A stretch of DNA of 64,000 bases from Dehalococcoidia bacterium. GTDB taxonomy: Bacteria > Chloroflexota > Dehalococcoidia > UBA2979. Location of the stretch: contig JACKCJ010000001.1 of the NCBI GenBank assembly GCA_020634075.1, positions 77,016-141,015 on the forward strand, given 5' to 3'. The notes beneath the pieces were generated by a model, which did not search any database, had not been told where the DNA came from, and saw only the letters and a list, made by a program, of their open reading frames with translations. The translations under genes and the position numbers were made by a program. The stretch's first letter is position 1, and the number at the start of each line of letters is the position of its first letter. Below, in pieces: positions 46,253-55,451 of this stretch.

Positions 46253-47479
46253 ATGCGCCCTACACGTAATGCGCTCCTCGCCGCCCTGGAGCCAGCTTCG
46301 CGCGTGCTCCTGGAAGCCGCGGAGGACGCAGCGCGTGCCCTCGATGTGGGTCTGTGGCTCGTCGGCGGTGGCGTACGCGACCTCGCCGTCCGGCGTCCCC
46401 TCCACGACGTCGACCTCGCGTTCGCCGGTGACCCCTCCGCGTTCGTGGATGCCGTCGCCGCGCGGTGCCCCGAGGTGACCGTGGAACGCACCGACCGCTT
46501 CGGCACGGCCACGATCGCGTCCGACGAGGCCCGACTCGACCTCGCGCGGCTACGCACCGAGCGTTATGTCGTCCCCGGCGCCCTGCCCGAGGTCCGCGCA
46601 GCGAAGAGCATCGAAGCCGACCTCGCCCGCCGCGACTTCAGCGTGAACGCGATCGCGCTCGAACTGGCGCCCGAGGTCGACCGCCTCATCGACCCGTACG
46701 GCGGCATCGAGGACCTCGGCGCCGGTCGGCTGCGCGTGCTCCACGAGCGTTCGTTCATCGACGACGCGACCCGCCTCTGGCGGGGCGCGAGAACCGCCGC
46801 GCTGTTCGACCTCGAGCCGGACGCCGCGACGGCCCGCCTCATCGACGAGGGGCTGCGGTGGACGGAAGAGATCTCCGGCACGCGCCTGTGGGCGGAACTC
46901 GCGTACACGGCCGGCCGTGGTCGCGCCCTCGGAACGCTCGAACGCCTCGAGCGCTGGGGCGTGCTCCGGTCCGTGCATCCCGGGTTCTGCCTCGCGCCCG
47001 AGTCGGCCGCGGCGCTCCAGCGCCGTCACCCCATGCCCGTCGAGCGGTTCGCCGCGGTGCTGCTCGCGCCGCTGGCGGCTCGGGACGCGATCCTCGAGCG
47101 CTTCCAGGCTCCCGGAGCCGCCCGGGAGGTTGTCCAGGAGACCGCCCGCCTCCTCGCCGCGGAATCCAAGCCCGACTCGCTGCTCGGCGTCGAGGGCGTG
47201 AGCACCGAGGCCCGCCTCGCAGCCAGGTGGCTGCAGCCCGAGCAACAGGCCGAGCTCCAGCGGGCCCTCCGCCGCTGGGAGCGGACACGCCCGTGGCTGA
47301 ACGCGGAGCAACTCGTCGCGATGGGTGTCCCGCGCGGGCCGGCACTCGGCGCCGCGCTGCGTGGCTTGCGCCGGGGCCGTTACCTCGGCACCCTGAGGAC
47401 GATCGCGGAGGCACGACGGCACGTCCGTCGCGTCCTCGCGAGCGAGGCGCACTGGGACTTCGACGAACCACTGGACTGA
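46253..47479 (+). CDS. CCA tRNA nucleotidyltransferase (polyA-polymerase head-domain family)
   Basis: LWLVGGGVRDLAV...DVDLA nucleotidyltransferase motif and RDFSVNAIA motif. Confidence 0.75.
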   Translation: MRPTRNALLAALEPASRVLLEAAEDAARALDVGLWLVGGGVRDLAVRRPLHDVDLAFAGDPSAFVDAVAARCPEVTVERTDRFGTATIASDEARLDLARLRTERYVVPGALPEVRAAKSIEADLARRDFSVNAIALELAPEVDRLIDPYGGIEDLGAGRLRVLHERSFIDDATRLWRGARTAALFDLEPDAATARLIDEGLRWTEEISGTRLWAELAYTAGRGRALGTLERLERWGVLRSVHPGFCLAPESAAALQRRHPMPVERFAAVLLAPLAARDAILERFQAPGAAREVVQETARLLAAESKPDSLLGVEGVSTEARLAARWLQPEQQAELQRALRRWERTRPWLNAEQLVAMGVPRGPALGAALRGLRRGRYLGTLRTIAEARRHVRRVLASEAHWDFDEPLD

Positions 47480-47490
47480 GGGGACGACGG

Positions 47491-47847
47491 ATGCGCGCTC
47501 CAGCTGATCTGACCTGCGCCGTCTGCGGCGAGACCGCCGAGGCCGCGACCCTGCTCGCCGAGTGCTTCGAGTGTGACCGCTGGTTCCACCTGAACCCGTA
47601 CTCGAACCAGCCGGGCAAGGACTGTGGCGACGCCGTCATCGGCCCGACCGACGGCATCGAGACGACCTGCAACGACTGCATCGAGGCGGCCGAGCGCCGT
47701 CGCGTCGCCGCTCTCGGGCCCGACCGTGCCAAGGCAGAGGGGCTCGCCGGCACGGTGCTCGGCGGCCAGGTGCCGCTCCCGCCGGCCCGTCCCGGCCAGG
47801 CGCCCACCGAAGGACGCCGTGCGTTCCGGCGCGTGGACGACGAGTAG
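47491..47847 (+). CDS. zinc-ribbon / Cys-rich small protein (118 aa)
   Basis: GAGGGGA RBS 6 nt upstream. CxxC...CxxC...C...CxxC arrangement. Coding-like GC3. No family recognised. Confidence 0.45.
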   Translation: MRAPADLTCAVCGETAEAATLLAECFECDRWFHLNPYSNQPGKDCGDAVIGPTDGIETTCNDCIEAAERRRVAALGPDRAKAEGLAGTVLGGQVPLPPARPGQAPTEGRRAFRRVDDE

Positions 47848-47849
47848 CG

Positions 47850-48185
47850 ATGCCGGACGGGCCTGACGAGGTCGTATCCGCCGAGGGCGCGCCGGATACC
47901 CCGGAGGCGACGGACGAGGACGCGGTCCCCGGACCGTCGAAGATGGTCTACGTGGCGCTCTTCCTCGCGGGCCTCTTCGTGGGTCGGATCGCGTCCGAGA
48001 ACTTCGCACCGGGGTCGCTGGGCGCGCTCGACCTGTTCATGTACCTCGGGCTCGCCCTCAGCATCGCCTGGGCGTGGCGATCGTGGGCGCGTCGCGCCAT
48101 GATCCAGCGCCACCTCTCCGCCGAGCGCCGAAAGCAGGCGGTCGAGCGGCGCGCGCCGCGTCAGAAGCAGAACCGACGGCGATAG
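47850..48185 (+). CDS. small membrane protein (111 aa)
   Basis: Starts 3 nt after the zinc-ribbon stop. Acidic N-terminus, two TM helices and a basic C-terminus. Confidence 0.4.
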   Translation: MPDGPDEVVSAEGAPDTPEATDEDAVPGPSKMVYVALFLAGLFVGRIASENFAPGSLGALDLFMYLGLALSIAWAWRSWARRAMIQRHLSAERRKQAVERRAPRQKQNRRR

Positions 48186-48198
48186 GCGTCACCGAGCG

Positions 48199-48723
48199 CT
48201 AGAGGTCGGCCGCGTCCGATCCGGCGATCGCTCCCCGGCGCGCGAACCACGTTGCGTCACTCTCGTCGTCGGGGCGTGCCGACGACGGCACCGGCGTGAA
48301 TCCGCATCTCAGCATGAAGTAGAGGCCGCGCCCGTTCGTCCGAGGCACGCGCACGAGCATGGGCGCGTAACCCTCGGCGGCGAGCTTTCGCTCCGCGGCA
48401 AGCACCGTCTTGGTCGAGGTCGCCCGGCCCCGTGCCTCGCGAGCGGTCGCGACGGCGAGCAGCGCCGCCTGGCCGGGCGTCGGGCAATCGCGCCGCACGA
48501 GGGCGACACCCACCGTGTCGCCGCCTTCGCGGACCTCGAACCAGTCACCGTCGGCGTCGGGCATCTCCGGTGCGGCCGAGCGGTCGTAGCCATCCGTGAG
48601 CGCACGGACGAGCGCCGGCTGTGCCGCGATGCGCGCGGCATCCGATCGCACGAGCGAGACGCCGAGGTAGCGCGTCCACGCGCCGCTCCGCGCCCCACTG
48701 GCCACCTCGCTCACGGCAGCCAT
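48199..48723 (-). CDS. GNAT-family N-acetyltransferase
   Basis: Acetyl-CoA binding region (VGVALVRRD...RGRGLATALL-like: ARGRATSTKTVLAAERKLAAEGYAPMLVRV). Confidence 0.6.
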   Translation of the reverse strand: MAAVSEVASGARSGAWTRYLGVSLVRSDAARIAAQPALVRALTDGYDRSAAPEMPDADGDWFEVREGGDTVGVALVRRDCPTPGQAALLAVATAREARGRATSTKTVLAAERKLAAEGYAPMLVRVPRTNGRGLYFMLRCGFTPVPSSARPDDESDATWFARRGAIAGSDAADL

Positions 48724-51533
48724 CGCTCGACGTGGCCGGAGAGCGCGTCGGCCTTCATCGTGCGCACCTCGCAGTCCGGGAGCCCCTCCAGGAAGGTCTC
48801 GCCGTACTGGCGTCGGACGATGCGGGAGTCGAGGACGACGAACACGCCACGATCGGTGGAGCCACGGATCAGTCGGCCAAACCCCTGCCGGAACCGGAGG
48901 ACGGCCTGCGGCAGCGCGTACTCGCCGAACGGATCCTCGAACTGGTTCGAGCGGCCCTCGTACACGGGGTCGGTCGGCACGGGGAACGGGAGGCGCGCGA
49001 TCACGATCTGCGAGAGCGCCTCGCCCGGGACATCGATGCCCTCCCAGAAGGCCGCCGTCCCGAGCAGCACCGAACGAGGGCGCTCGTTCAGCAGTCGCAG
49101 CAGCCGCTGCGGCGAGCCGTCGACACTCTGGGCAAAGACGTTGATGTCGTCCTCGGCGAGCAGGTCACGGAGCGCGGCGGCGGTGGCGCGCACGGCGGCG
49201 TGCGAGGTGAACAGCACCAGCGTCCTGCCACGCGCGGCCCGGACGACGTCCGCGATGGTCTGCTGAAGCGACGTGTCGTACGACGGCATCCCGGGCTCCG
49301 GGAGGTCCTCGGCGAGCAGCGAGACGACGGCGCGGCGGTAGTCGTACGGAGACTCCACGAGCAGCGTGTCCGCCTCATCGAGGCCCAGGCGGCGCACGGC
49401 GAAGTCGAACGAGCCGCCCGCGGTCAGCGTCGCGCTCGTCGCGAGGATCGTGGAACGGTCGCCGTAGAGGTCGTCCATCAGCCGCGGGGCCACCTCGAGC
49501 GGAGCGCGGCCGAGGCGGATGTCGCCCTCTGCTCGACTCACCCATGCGACTTCGTCGCGCGACGGACGGAGGACGGTGCGCAGGAGCGTGTCGCGAGCGG
49601 CACCCAGCGCCTCGGCGTGGCGTGCGATCTCGGCGCGGAGGGCGTCTCCCTGCAACGCTCCCTCGGCTTCCAGGGACTCGGCCGTCTGGCGGACCTGCCC
49701 CAGCCGGTCGCCGATGATCTTCAGCCCGAGGTCGACGTTCACGGTGACCGTCTCGACCTCCTCCCATGCCGCCTGGCCGCGACGCGCGGCGGTGAGCGAG
49801 ATGTCGGAGCGCGGCGCGCCCTCCTCGGCCAGTTCGTTCACGAACGCGCGGAGTGACTCCGTCAGCGAGCGGACGTGGTCGCGCGTCCCGTTGACCGCGA
49901 TCTCGATCTGCTCGGCGAGCGGCGCGAGGCCGGCGATGGGCGACAGCGCGAGCACCTCGCCACCACCCGAGAGCCCCTGCAGACGCCGGGCGAAGCCGGG
50001 CTCGCCGTGACGGTCGGTCATGCCGAGCACGTCGACGACGTCACGAAGCTCCTTCATTCCCAGCGTGGCGCTGAAGTGCTGCGTCGCGACGTCCTCCAGG
50101 CGGTGTGCCTCGTCGATCACGAGGTGGTCGAACGGCGGCAGCACCTGGTCGTCGCGTGCGGCGTTCACGAGCAGCAGCGAGTGGTTCGCGATCACCACGT
50201 GCGAGGCGGCCGCCCGCTGGCGGGCGCGCAGGAGGAAACACGAGCCGTCGCGGACGTACGGACAGCGGCGCGCGAGGCAGTCGTTGTCGTCCGCCGAGAT
50301 CTGCGACCACAGCGGCCGCTCCTGCGAGGTCATGTAGAGCTCGGCGAGGTCGCCCGTCTCGGTCTCCGGCAGCCATGCGGCGACCCTCGCGAAGAGGCGC
50401 ACCTCGGCCTCGGTGCGCGGTGACGGGTCCTGGCGCACCTGTGCCCAGCGCTCAAGGCAGAGGTAGTTGTTGCGCCCCTTGAGGACGGAGATGCGCGCGC
50501 CACCCGTCTCACCACGTTCGCGCAGGTACGCCTCCACGAGCGCGGCGGAGGCCGGCGCGTCGCGCTGGGCGAGCTGGTCCTGCAGGTTCAGCGTGTGCGT
50601 GCTCACCACCACGCGATCGCCGTTGCGCAGGGCGTGCAGCAGCGACGGCACGAGGTAGGCCATCGACTTCCCGGTGCCGGTCCCGGCCTCGACCGCGAGA
50701 TGGCCGCCATCGCGCAGCTGGGCCGCGACCGCGCGCGCCATCGACACCTGCGAGGGTCGTGGCTCGTATGACGGGAACAGGTCCGGGCGTTCACGCGCGA
50801 TGTTGAACACCGCGTCGATCTCGTCGGGTGACGTGACGACGCGCTCCGTGCGCGGGACGAGCGGCTCATAGCGCTCGCGCGTCGGACCGACGGGCAGCGA
50901 AGCCATGATCGCGAGGGCTTCCTCGGCGCTGATCGCGGCTCCCCCGCCACGGGCGAGCGCATCGTCGATGAGCGTGATCACGCCCCACCCCGCTCGTTCC
51001 GCGAAGCCACGCAGCTCGACGAGGAGCGAGCGCGGCATCGACTCGAGGCGGTCGAGGAGCGCGAGGAACACGTCGCGGGTTGCCTCGGCGTCCGCAAGGG
51101 CGCGGTGTGCGACGGGCATCACGATGCCGAGCGTCTCCGCGATCTTGCCGAGGTTGAGGCGGTCTGCCGTGGGCAGCAGCACCGAGGCGAGCTCCCACGT
51201 GTCGAACGACGGGGCGTAGGTGTGCACGCGCTCCGCTTCGAGGAACGCGATGTCGAAGGCGATGTTCTGGCCGACGATCGGGCGGTCGCCGATGAACGCC
51301 CGGACGGCGTCACGGACCTCCGAGAAGCGCGGCGCGCCGGCGACATCGGCGTTCGATATGCCCGTGAGCTCCTGGACCTCGATCGGGATGTCGCGGCCGG
51401 GGTTCACGAAGGTGCGGTAGTTCTCGAAACGCCCGGAACGGTCGAACCGCGTCGCGCCGACCTCGATGATGAGGTCGTTCTCCACGTTCAGTCCCGTGGT
51501 TTCGAGGTCGAGGGCGACGAACTCGTCGAGCAC
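48711..51533 (-). CDS. dinG: DinG-family ATP-dependent helicase with an N-terminal DnaQ-like 3'-5' exonuclease domain
   Basis: N-terminal DEDD exonuclease (VALDLETTGL, GQNIAFDIAFL). Central and C-terminal DEAD/DEAH helicase motifs (GTGKS, VIDEAH). Confidence 0.8.
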   Translation of the reverse strand: MLDEFVALDLETTGLNVENDLIIEVGATRFDRSGRFENYRTFVNPGRDIPIEVQELTGISNADVAGAPRFSEVRDAVRAFIGDRPIVGQNIAFDIAFLEAERVHTYAPSFDTWELASVLLPTADRLNLGKIAETLGIVMPVAHRALADAEATRDVFLALLDRLESMPRSLLVELRGFAERAGWGVITLIDDALARGGGAAISAEEALAIMASLPVGPTRERYEPLVPRTERVVTSPDEIDAVFNIARERPDLFPSYEPRPSQVSMARAVAAQLRDGGHLAVEAGTGTGKSMAYLVPSLLHALRNGDRVVVSTHTLNLQDQLAQRDAPASAALVEAYLRERGETGGARISVLKGRNNYLCLERWAQVRQDPSPRTEAEVRLFARVAAWLPETETGDLAELYMTSQERPLWSQISADDNDCLARRCPYVRDGSCFLLRARQRAAASHVVIANHSLLLVNAARDDQVLPPFDHLVIDEAHRLEDVATQHFSATLGMKELRDVVDVLGMTDRHGEPGFARRLQGLSGGGEVLALSPIAGLAPLAEQIEIAVNGTRDHVRSLTESLRAFVNELAEEGAPRSDISLTAARRGQAAWEEVETVTVNVDLGLKIIGDRLGQVRQTAESLEAEGALQGDALRAEIARHAEALGAARDTLLRTVLRPSRDEVAWVSRAEGDIRLGRAPLEVAPRLMDDLYGDRSTILATSATLTAGGSFDFAVRRLGLDEADTLLVESPYDYRRAVVSLLAEDLPEPGMPSYDTSLQQTIADVVRAARGRTLVLFTSHAAVRATAAALRDLLAEDDINVFAQSVDGSPQRLLRLLNERPRSVLLGTAAFWEGIDVPGEALSQIVIARLPFPVPTDPVYEGRSNQFEDPFGEYALPQAVLRFRQGFGRLIRGSTDRGVFVVLDSRIVRRQYGETFLEGLPDCEVRTMKADALSGHVERWLP

Positions 51534-51631
51534 GCAGTGCGGCCTTCCCGGCTACGGATCTCCCGCCCATTGTGCCGGGTCGAGGAGTGTCGCTGGGGAG
51601 GCGACTGGCGCGGCGGTGGGAGTGGGAGCGG

Positions 51632-52327
51632 CTACTCCTGCTGAGCCTGCTCGATCGAGCCTTCCTCGAGGCGGACCCAGCGGCCGGAGCGCGTGCGGTG
51701 GATCGCCTCGAAGCGACCGCCGTGCAGCTCCTCGAGGAACTCCTCGGGCGACGAGATCATCGGCTTGTCGAAGCCGGTCGCGAACGTCGCCACCCCGCTG
51801 GACGAGTGGGCGTCGGAACCCCCGGTGGTCGGCAGGCCGAGGATCTTCGCCACCTCGGCGGCGAAGTAGTTCTCCTGCGGCGTGTTCGCGCCGTTCCCGA
51901 TCTCGATCGCGTGCACGAGCTTGAACACCGGCATCTGCTCGGCGGCCTGCTCGGGGGTCAGCTCGAACTTCTCACCGGTGCGCATGGCGGTGACCGGGTC
52001 AAAGAGACGGCGGAACGGGTGCGCCACGATGAGGAAACCGCCGAGCTTGTCGAGCTCCTCACGGAGCTTCTCGGCACGACGAATGCCCTGCAGGTAGGAC
52101 GGCAGACCAATGGCCAGCATGTGGCCCATGTCGGTGGAGACTTCCATCCCGAAGTTCACGAACACCTCGGGGTGCTCGTCTCGGAACGCCTTCCGCTGGT
52201 GGGGCTCCAGCACCTTGTCGTGCTCGGCGAGGTTGACGCCGCGCAGTCCGATGTTCTGCGCGATACCCATCAACTCGTGCGGATCCAGCATCGAGTCCGA
52301 CGACGTCGGATTCGTGTGGATGTGCAT
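51632..52327 (-). CDS. PHP-domain (polymerase/histidinol-phosphatase-like) phosphoesterase
   Basis: MHIHTN...SD N-terminal metal-binding motif and GGSDAHS motif. Confidence 0.7.
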   Translation of the reverse strand: MHIHTNPTSSDSMLDPHELMGIAQNIGLRGVNLAEHDKVLEPHQRKAFRDEHPEVFVNFGMEVSTDMGHMLAIGLPSYLQGIRRAEKLREELDKLGGFLIVAHPFRRLFDPVTAMRTGEKFELTPEQAAEQMPVFKLVHAIEIGNGANTPQENYFAAEVAKILGLPTTGGSDAHSSSGVATFATGFDKPMISSPEEFLEELHGGRFEAIHRTRSGRWVRLEEGSIEQAQQE

Positions 52328-52503
52328 GTCGAAGATCGAGCCGGTCTTGCCGTCGTGGAGTTCCAGCGGGAACCTCCCCCGTCTTTCGTCCCCTCGGTGG
52401 GTGGACGTGTCCTGAGGTTGGCAGAGTCTACGGGGCAGTCCCCTCTTGGGCTACCCGCCGCGTACGACTGTTATGCCGCCACCTTCGTAGTCATTATGTC
52501 ACA

Positions 52504-52920
52504 TCAGCGATCGAGGGATCCGAGTACCGGGAGGACCACTCCGAACGACAGCGCCGCGATGGTCAGCACCATCAGGACCACTGGCGCTTCCGCGGTCCGC
52601 ACCCTGCCCCGGACGAAGGCGTACAGCCCGGCGAGCGTGAGCGACCCTCCGCCGACCACGAGCGCGAAGCGCAGCGCGGCATCGGCGCCGCCGGCGCGAT
52701 GGAAGAGCGCCCCGAGGACGAGGCCGATCAGCGTGAACGTCAGTGTCAGGCCGTTCGCGAGGATCACGCCGATGATGCCGAGCCTCCTCGTGCCGGCGAT
52801 CCGTGCGGCGAGGCCCGGCTTGCGGGCCATGACGACGAGGACGAGCCCGGTGGCGACGATCCCCGCCATCGCACCGGCGATCCACCCGGCCAGGAGCGAC
52901 CGCGCGAGGTCGGCGTCCAC
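52504..52920 (-). CDS. hypothetical membrane protein (138 aa, 4 TM)
   Basis: ATG lies immediately after the ispE stop. Hydrophobic throughout. Confidence 0.5.
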   Translation of the reverse strand: MDADLARSLLAGWIAGAMAGIVATGLVLVVMARKPGLAARIAGTRRLGIIGVILANGLTLTFTLIGLVLGALFHRAGGADAALRFALVVGGGSLTLAGLYAFVRGRVRTAEAPVVLMVLTIAALSFGVVLPVLGSLDR

Positions 52921-53865
52921 CTAGCTGCCTGCCGCGCCGTCCGCCGGGAGGGGCTCGATCGCGGTCGCCGCGGCGCGGCCGAGCGTACGCGTCTCGAACA
53001 CCGTGGCGCCGACGGCACGGAAGTCCCGACGCAGCTCGGAGGCCTTCGCGTCCTCGCGGATGAAGAGGTACACCGCCGGGCCGGAACCGCAGAGGTGCAG
53101 TTGGAGCGCGCCGGCCTGCCCGTAGCGCGCATAGTGCGCGACGAGCTCCGGCTCGGTGCGCTCGATCACCGCCTCGAACGCGTTCACCAGGTCGTTCGTC
53201 GGCGGAGGCGCCTTGCGCGCGATCCGTGCCGCGAGTCGCTTCGCCTTGTCGCCACTCGTGAAGTCGTGGGGATGGAGGGCCCCATAGCGCCGGCCGGTCT
53301 TGTTCCCACCGCTCGGGACCGGCGGCACCAGGACGAGCAGGCGCAGCGGCGTCACGTCGCGAAGCTCCTCCACGCGCTCACCCCGCCCGGTGCAGCGAGC
53401 AGCGCCACCGTGGAGGAAGAACGGGACGTCCGACCCGATCGTGGCCGCGATTGCCTCGAGGCGTGACATCGGCCAGCCCAGCTCCCAGACGTGGTTCAGT
53501 CCGCGGATCACCGCGGCGGCGTCGGACGATCCCCCACCCAGCCCGGCCGGCGAGGGAATGCGCTTCTCGACGGTGATGCGCAGGTCCGGCGAGCGACCGG
53601 CGGCCTCGGCGACCCGGATCGCGGCGAGGCGCGAGAGGTCGCCCTCGGGGTCGATGCCCGCGGCGTACTCGCCGGTGATCGAGACGTCGATCCCGGCGCC
53701 CTCCTCGCGCGGCTCAATGGTGACTCGGTCGGCGAGGTCGATGGTCGTCATGACGGTGTCGATCTCGTGGAAGCCGTCCGGGCGCTTCCGCAGTACCTCG
53801 AGCGCGAGGTTGATCTTCGCCGGCGCGATGAGCCGAACGCCGCGAGCGGTGCCGACGTCACTCAT
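52921..53865 (-). CDS. ispE: 4-diphosphocytidyl-2-C-methyl-D-erythritol kinase IspE
   Basis: GHMP kinase motifs (APAKINLAL, PSPAGLGGGSSDAAA). ATG at 53865 overlaps the rsmA stop. Confidence 0.85.
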   Translation of the reverse strand: MSDVGTARGVRLIAPAKINLALEVLRKRPDGFHEIDTVMTTIDLADRVTIEPREEGAGIDVSITGEYAAGIDPEGDLSRLAAIRVAEAAGRSPDLRITVEKRIPSPAGLGGGSSDAAAVIRGLNHVWELGWPMSRLEAIAATIGSDVPFFLHGGAARCTGRGERVEELRDVTPLRLLVLVPPVPSGGNKTGRRYGALHPHDFTSGDKAKRLAARIARKAPPPTNDLVNAFEAVIERTEPELVAHYARYGQAGALQLHLCGSGPAVYLFIREDAKASELRRDFRAVGATVFETRTLGRAAATAIEPLPADGAAGS

Positions 53866-54919
53866 CGTCGGGATCCGAGTCGAAGTCCACGTCGAACACC
53901 TCGGGGCCATCCTCATCGTCGTCTTCGAAGTCCTCGGTGAAGTCGCCCCGTCCGCGCTCGATCACGTCGAGCTCGCCGGGGAATCGCGCCATGAACGCGC
54001 GGAACATCCGCTCCCAGTCCTGCAGCGAGAGGTGCTGAGGTCGGGCGGCCGGCTCGATCCGGGCGTCGTCGAGCATCGCGAGGATCTCGTCGCGCGGCAG
54101 CCCGCTCTCGTCGACGAGGCTGTTGTGGATCTGCTTGCGGGGCTGAGCGAAGCCGGCGCGGACAATGTGGAAGAACGCCTCGATCTCGCCCGGCGTCAGG
54201 TCGAGCGCCGGGCGCTCGAAGCGCTCGATCTCCACCACCGCCGACTGCACCTGCGGCGGTGGCCAGAACGCCTGGCGCGGCACCGGGAAGAGCAGCCGCG
54301 GCTCGCCGTAGAGCTTGATCGAGATCGAGAGCAGCGACTCCTTGCCCTCGCCCCCGACCATCCGGAGCGCCACCTCGCGCTGGATCAGGATCACGATGCG
54401 CTGAGGAGCGGGATCCGACTCGAGCAGCTTTCGGACGATCGGCTGCGTGATGTAGTACGGCAGGTTCCCGACCGCGACGTACGGCACGAGCGGCGGCTCG
54501 GCGCCAGACTCCTGCAACAGCTCGATCGGCTCGAAGTCGAGGACATCCGCCGCGAGCAGGTGCAGGCCGGTGTGCTCGCGGAGCCGCTCGCGGGTGAGGG
54601 CGGCAAGCTCCTCGTCCAGCTCGATCGCGACGACCTGCTTCGCCCGCTTCGCGAGCTCCTCGGTCAGGCCACCCGGCCCGGCGCCGATCTCGAGCACGGG
54701 CACGTCCGCGTCGCGGACGGCGGCGTCGGCGATATCACCGAGGAGGAACTCGTCCACGAGGAAGTGCTGCCCCAGCGCCTTCCGGGGCCGGACACCCAGG
54801 CGCTTCAGGTACTCGGGCGGCTCGGGGAGCTCCTCGCGCGCGGCTTTCGCGCGCTGACGCGCCTTCGCCGGGTTGCGGCGGGCGGCGGAGGAGGGACGGC
54901 GACGACGGGCCGGGGTCAT
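53858..54919 (-). CDS. rsmA: 16S rRNA (adenine1518/1519-N6)-dimethyltransferase RsmA/KsgA with an acidic C-terminal tail
   Basis: SAM-binding motif LEIGAGPGGLT and the GNLPYYIT motif. Conserved rsmA-ispE arrangement. Confidence 0.9.
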   Translation of the reverse strand: MTPARRRRPSSAARRNPAKARQRAKAAREELPEPPEYLKRLGVRPRKALGQHFLVDEFLLGDIADAAVRDADVPVLEIGAGPGGLTEELAKRAKQVVAIELDEELAALTRERLREHTGLHLLAADVLDFEPIELLQESGAEPPLVPYVAVGNLPYYITQPIVRKLLESDPAPQRIVILIQREVALRMVGGEGKESLLSISIKLYGEPRLLFPVPRQAFWPPPQVQSAVVEIERFERPALDLTPGEIEAFFHIVRAGFAQPRKQIHNSLVDESGLPRDEILAMLDDARIEPAARPQHLSLQDWERMFRAFMARFPGELDVIERGRGDFTEDFEDDDEDGPEVFDVDFDSDPDDE

Positions 54920-55059
54920 CGGCGCCTCCCGTGGACACAGTCGGTGGATTCGTCGGTGGTCTTGGGAGCCCTCGGCCGCCGCGTCGCGGCGACCGAGGGA
55001 TGAGGTCGGAATTAGCCGTGCCCCGCCGTCGGGCGGTCCTGGCGGCTTGATCCCGCTGG

Positions 55060-55180
55060 CCAGCTCAAGCCCGGCGACCCCATGGCGCCCAACGAAGTCG
55101 GCTTACCGTTGCTGCCTTCCGGCCCTGGCGGGGTTCACCGGACGTTGCCGCATGGGACCAGGCTCTCAACGCCGCCTGGC
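55060..55180 (-). ncRNA. ffs: probable signal recognition particle RNA (small bacterial 4.5S-type, ffs). Boundaries are approximate.
   Basis: The minus strand reads ...CCGCCAGGGCC-GGAA-GGCAGCAACGG..., matching the domain IV consensus (AGGUCC-GGAA-GGAAGCAGC). Flanking CCAUGCGGCAACG / CGUUGGGCGCCAUGG arms can pair to close a long hairpin. Confidence 0.5.
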
Positions 55181-55451
55181 GTTCACAGTCCCGTCTGGAC
55201 CGTTCTCGGACGGGCATTCAGCCCCGCTATAGCGGATTGCGGGTACAGGGCACCGCTAGAGCCCCGCCTAGCACGACCGTTTCCGATCGTAACAGCCTCA
55301 CCCGGCAAGCCGCGACTGACGGGCCCTCGCACGGGGGATCGCCCCCGCGCGGATCGAGGCGTAGCCTGTCGCCCCACGAGGTCAACGGTCGGCGCGCATC
55401 CCGTCCTCGAGGTTCAGCCCGGCGCGCCACGGAATCGGAGTGGCTCTTCAT

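Noticed and set aside
46465-47847. 460-aa plus-strand ORF spanning the CCA gene in a different frame
   Set aside because: The upstream 340 codons are an Arg/Pro/Gly-rich overlap of the CCA gene. Only the last 118 codons, from the ATG at 47491, look like a real zinc-ribbon gene.
55270-55340. Plus-strand stretch GUAACAGCCUCACCCGGCAAGCC resembling the P10-P12 region of bacterial RNase P RNA
   Set aside because: The other universally conserved RNase P regions (GGAAAGUCCGGGCUCC, AGGGUGAAA..GGUAAGAGC, ACAGAA.CCGGCUUA) are not found in the correct order on either strand. The space is too small once the SRP RNA is placed. An Infernal scan with RF00010 would settle it.
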